The notes under the pieces are model-generated. The model searched no databases. It saw nothing but the letters and a program-made list of their open reading frames with translations, and was not told the DNA's origin. The translations under genes were made by a program, and so were the position numbers. This document shows positions 61,975 to 64,000 of a DNA stretch of 64,000 nucleotides, piece after piece. Origin of the DNA: an uncultured Gemmatimonadales bacterium (lineage in GTDB: Bacteria; Gemmatimonadota; Gemmatimonadetes; Gemmatimonadales; GWC2-71-9); contig CAVUAK010000001.1 of the NCBI GenBank assembly GCA_963739455.1, forward strand, positions 576,001 through 640,000. Reading direction: 5' to 3'. Position 1 is the stretch's first letter; every line of letters starts with the position of its first letter.

Positions 61975-63138
61975 ATGAGCCAACTCGCCACTGCCCCCCT
62001 GCCCCTGTCCATTCTCTCGGAAGAAGAGACGATGTTCCGCGACGCCGTGCGCGAGTTCGCGGAGACCGAGATCAAGCCGTACGTATCGGAAATGGACGAA
62101 GCGGCGCAGTTCCGCCCCGATATCATCGCGAAATTCTTCGGTATGGGCCTCATGGGGATCGAGGTCCCGGAGCAGTATGGCGGCGCCGGTGCCGGGATCT
62201 TCCTCGCGACCCTCGCCATCGAGGAACTGGCGCGGGTTGACGCATCCGCCGCGATCTACGTGGATGTCCACAACACCCTGGTCAACAACGCGATCCTGCG
62301 GTGGGGCAACGACGAGCAGCAGGCACGCTACTTCCCGCACATGAACAGCGACATGCTCGGGGCCTTTGCGCTCTCGGAGCCTGCCAGCGGCAGCGACGCA
62401 TTCGCGCTGGAGTGCAAGGCCGACAAGGTGCCCGGCGGCTGGTCCCTTACGGGGCGCAAGTTCTGGATCACCAACGGCGCCGAGGCCGGCATCTTCATCG
62501 TGTTCGCCAACACCGACTTCACCAAGGGTTACAAGGGCATCACGGCCTTCATGGTGGAGCGGGGGTTTGCGGGCTTCGACGTGGGCAAGAAGGAGAACAA
62601 GCTCGGCATCCGGGCCTCGAGCACCACCGAGCTCATTCTCGAGGGATGTGTGGTCCCTGATGCCAACGTGCTCGGTCCGGTGGGACAGGGCTACAAGATC
62701 GCCATCGAGACGCTCAATGAAGGTCGCATTGGCATCGGGGCCCAGATGCTCGGGGTCGCCGCCGGTGCGCTCGAGGCGGCCACGAAGTACGTGAAGGAGC
62801 GGAGGCAGTTCGGGAAGGCGATCGCCGAGTTCCAGGCGGTGCAGTTCCAGCTCGCCCAGATGGCCACCGATCTCGAGGCGGCCCGGCTCATGGTGTACAA
62901 CAGCGCGCGACTCAAGGACGCTGGAAAGGCGTTCGCCACCGAGGCGGCGATGGCCAAGCTGTTCAGTTCCCAGGTGGCGGACCGCATCACCTCGCAATGC
63001 GTCGAGCTCTTCGGCGGGTACGGTTACTCCAAGGAGTACCCAGCGGAGAAGTTCTATCGCGACGCCAAGATCGGCACCATTTACGAGGGGAGCAGCAACA
63101 TGCAGCTGCAGACCATCGCGAAGGTGCTCCTCAAGTAG
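61975..63138 (+). CDS. acyl-CoA dehydrogenase (short/branched-chain type)
   Basis: FALSEPASGSDA, KFWITNG, KLGIRASST, RRQFGK, IYEGSSNMQ. Confidence 0.93.
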   Translation: MSQLATAPLPLSILSEEETMFRDAVREFAETEIKPYVSEMDEAAQFRPDIIAKFFGMGLMGIEVPEQYGGAGAGIFLATLAIEELARVDASAAIYVDVHNTLVNNAILRWGNDEQQARYFPHMNSDMLGAFALSEPASGSDAFALECKADKVPGGWSLTGRKFWITNGAEAGIFIVFANTDFTKGYKGITAFMVERGFAGFDVGKKENKLGIRASSTTELILEGCVVPDANVLGPVGQGYKIAIETLNEGRIGIGAQMLGVAAGALEAATKYVKERRQFGKAIAEFQAVQFQLAQMATDLEAARLMVYNSARLKDAGKAFATEAAMAKLFSSQVADRITSQCVELFGGYGYSKEYPAEKFYRDAKIGTIYEGSSNMQLQTIAKVLLK

Positions 63139-64000
63139 ATGAAACGCGCCTGCAGCCTGCTGTTCCTGCTGGTCGCAGGCGCGGCACCAACGCTTACCGC
63201 ACAGACGAGTGGCACCTGGGTCGAGGAACAGGTGTCGAGCTGGTACCCCATGGCCCTCAAGCTCGCGCGCGGCCGCTGGGGAGTGGCGGTCGCGGACCAG
63301 ACGGGGAATATCCTCTGGTCGGTCAACCTCGACGTACCGTTCGTTCCCGCCTCCACGGTCAAGCTCCTGACAACCGGTTTCGCGCGGTCGATTGTGGGCG
63401 GCGACGCCCGGCGTGACACACGGGTGATCGGGGTGGGCCAGCTTTCCGATGCGGGCGAGTGGAAGGGCCGCTGGTGGCTCGAGGTCAACGGCGATGTGAC
63501 GCTCGAGCGCCTGCCCGGCACGGGCCCGATGTTTCGCGACCTCGCAGCACAGCTTCGTGTCATGGGCATCAGGCAGCTGCACGGCCCGCTGGAGCTTTCC
63601 AGCCAGTCCGGGGCGGCCGATGCCACCTACCCCAGTGTGTGGTCGACCAAGCACCGTGGGCGCAGCTTCGCCCCGCTGGTGGGACCGCTGATGTTCCACG
63701 AGAACATCGTGCTCGTCGGGATCAGTCCCGGTTCGAAGGCGGGGTCGCGCGCGGTCCTGGTGAGCGCCTCCCCACGCGGACTGTCATCGATGGTGACGGT
63801 GCGGGCAATGACGCGGAGCGGCCGGCGCACGCGACTGTCACTGAGCCAGGGCAGCGACGGCCGCCTCGTGGTGAACGGGACCATCGGCACCCGGTCCCGG
63901 CAGCGCACGCTGCTGGCCACGATGGTGAACCCGAAGCAGGTGCTCGATGCCGTGTGGGCCCAGGCGCTCAAGGATGAGGGCATCGAGTGGGACGGCCGGG
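63139..64000 (+). CDS. dacB: D-alanyl-D-alanine carboxypeptidase/endopeptidase, peptidase S13 (runs off the window)
   Basis: Signal peptide, WGVAV, PASTVK (SxxK), GDVTL; open reading frame continues to the window end. Confidence 0.75.
   Translation, partial: MKRACSLLFLLVAGAAPTLTAQTSGTWVEEQVSSWYPMALKLARGRWGVAVADQTGNILWSVNLDVPFVPASTVKLLTTGFARSIVGGDARRDTRVIGVGQLSDAGEWKGRWWLEVNGDVTLERLPGTGPMFRDLAAQLRVMGIRQLHGPLELSSQSGAADATYPSVWSTKHRGRSFAPLVGPLMFHENIVLVGISPGSKAGSRAVLVSASPRGLSSMVTVRAMTRSGRRTRLSLSQGSDGRLVVNGTIGTRSRQRTLLATMVNPKQVLDAVWAQALKDEGIEWDGR

Overview
High-GC bacterial chromosomal window. The gene style suggests Gemmatimonadota (inference only). No rRNA, tRNA, CRISPR array or mobile element was found. 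From left to right it contains: the 5' part of a TonB-dependent receptor; an M24 peptidase and a V4R-like protein; a small ketosynthase/SRPBCC/methyltransferase/flavoprotein biosynthetic-type operon; ccmABCD; a STAS protein, acs, kup, DsbA, OsmC, an M16 peptidase and a TPR protein. A ~20 kb + strand block follows: TetR-TolC-EmrAB-type efflux, a HAMP kinase with a sigma54 response regulator, pqqABCDE, and a Che7-like chemosensory operon with a HEAT-repeat protein. The 24-aa pqqA is missed by the ORF track and sits behind enhancer palindromes and -24/-12 promoters. The rest holds pruA, a probably exported JAB/JAMM-like protein, YfcC plus a Tat amidase, GNAT-desaturase-YggT, a SAM-II riboswitch ahead of metF-metH, a Bor-like lipoprotein, an acyl-CoA dehydrogenase and the start of dacB. 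About ten genes carry small frameshifts, several at short base runs, most likely long-read sequencing errors. All calls come from motif recognition by eye; no database searches were run.
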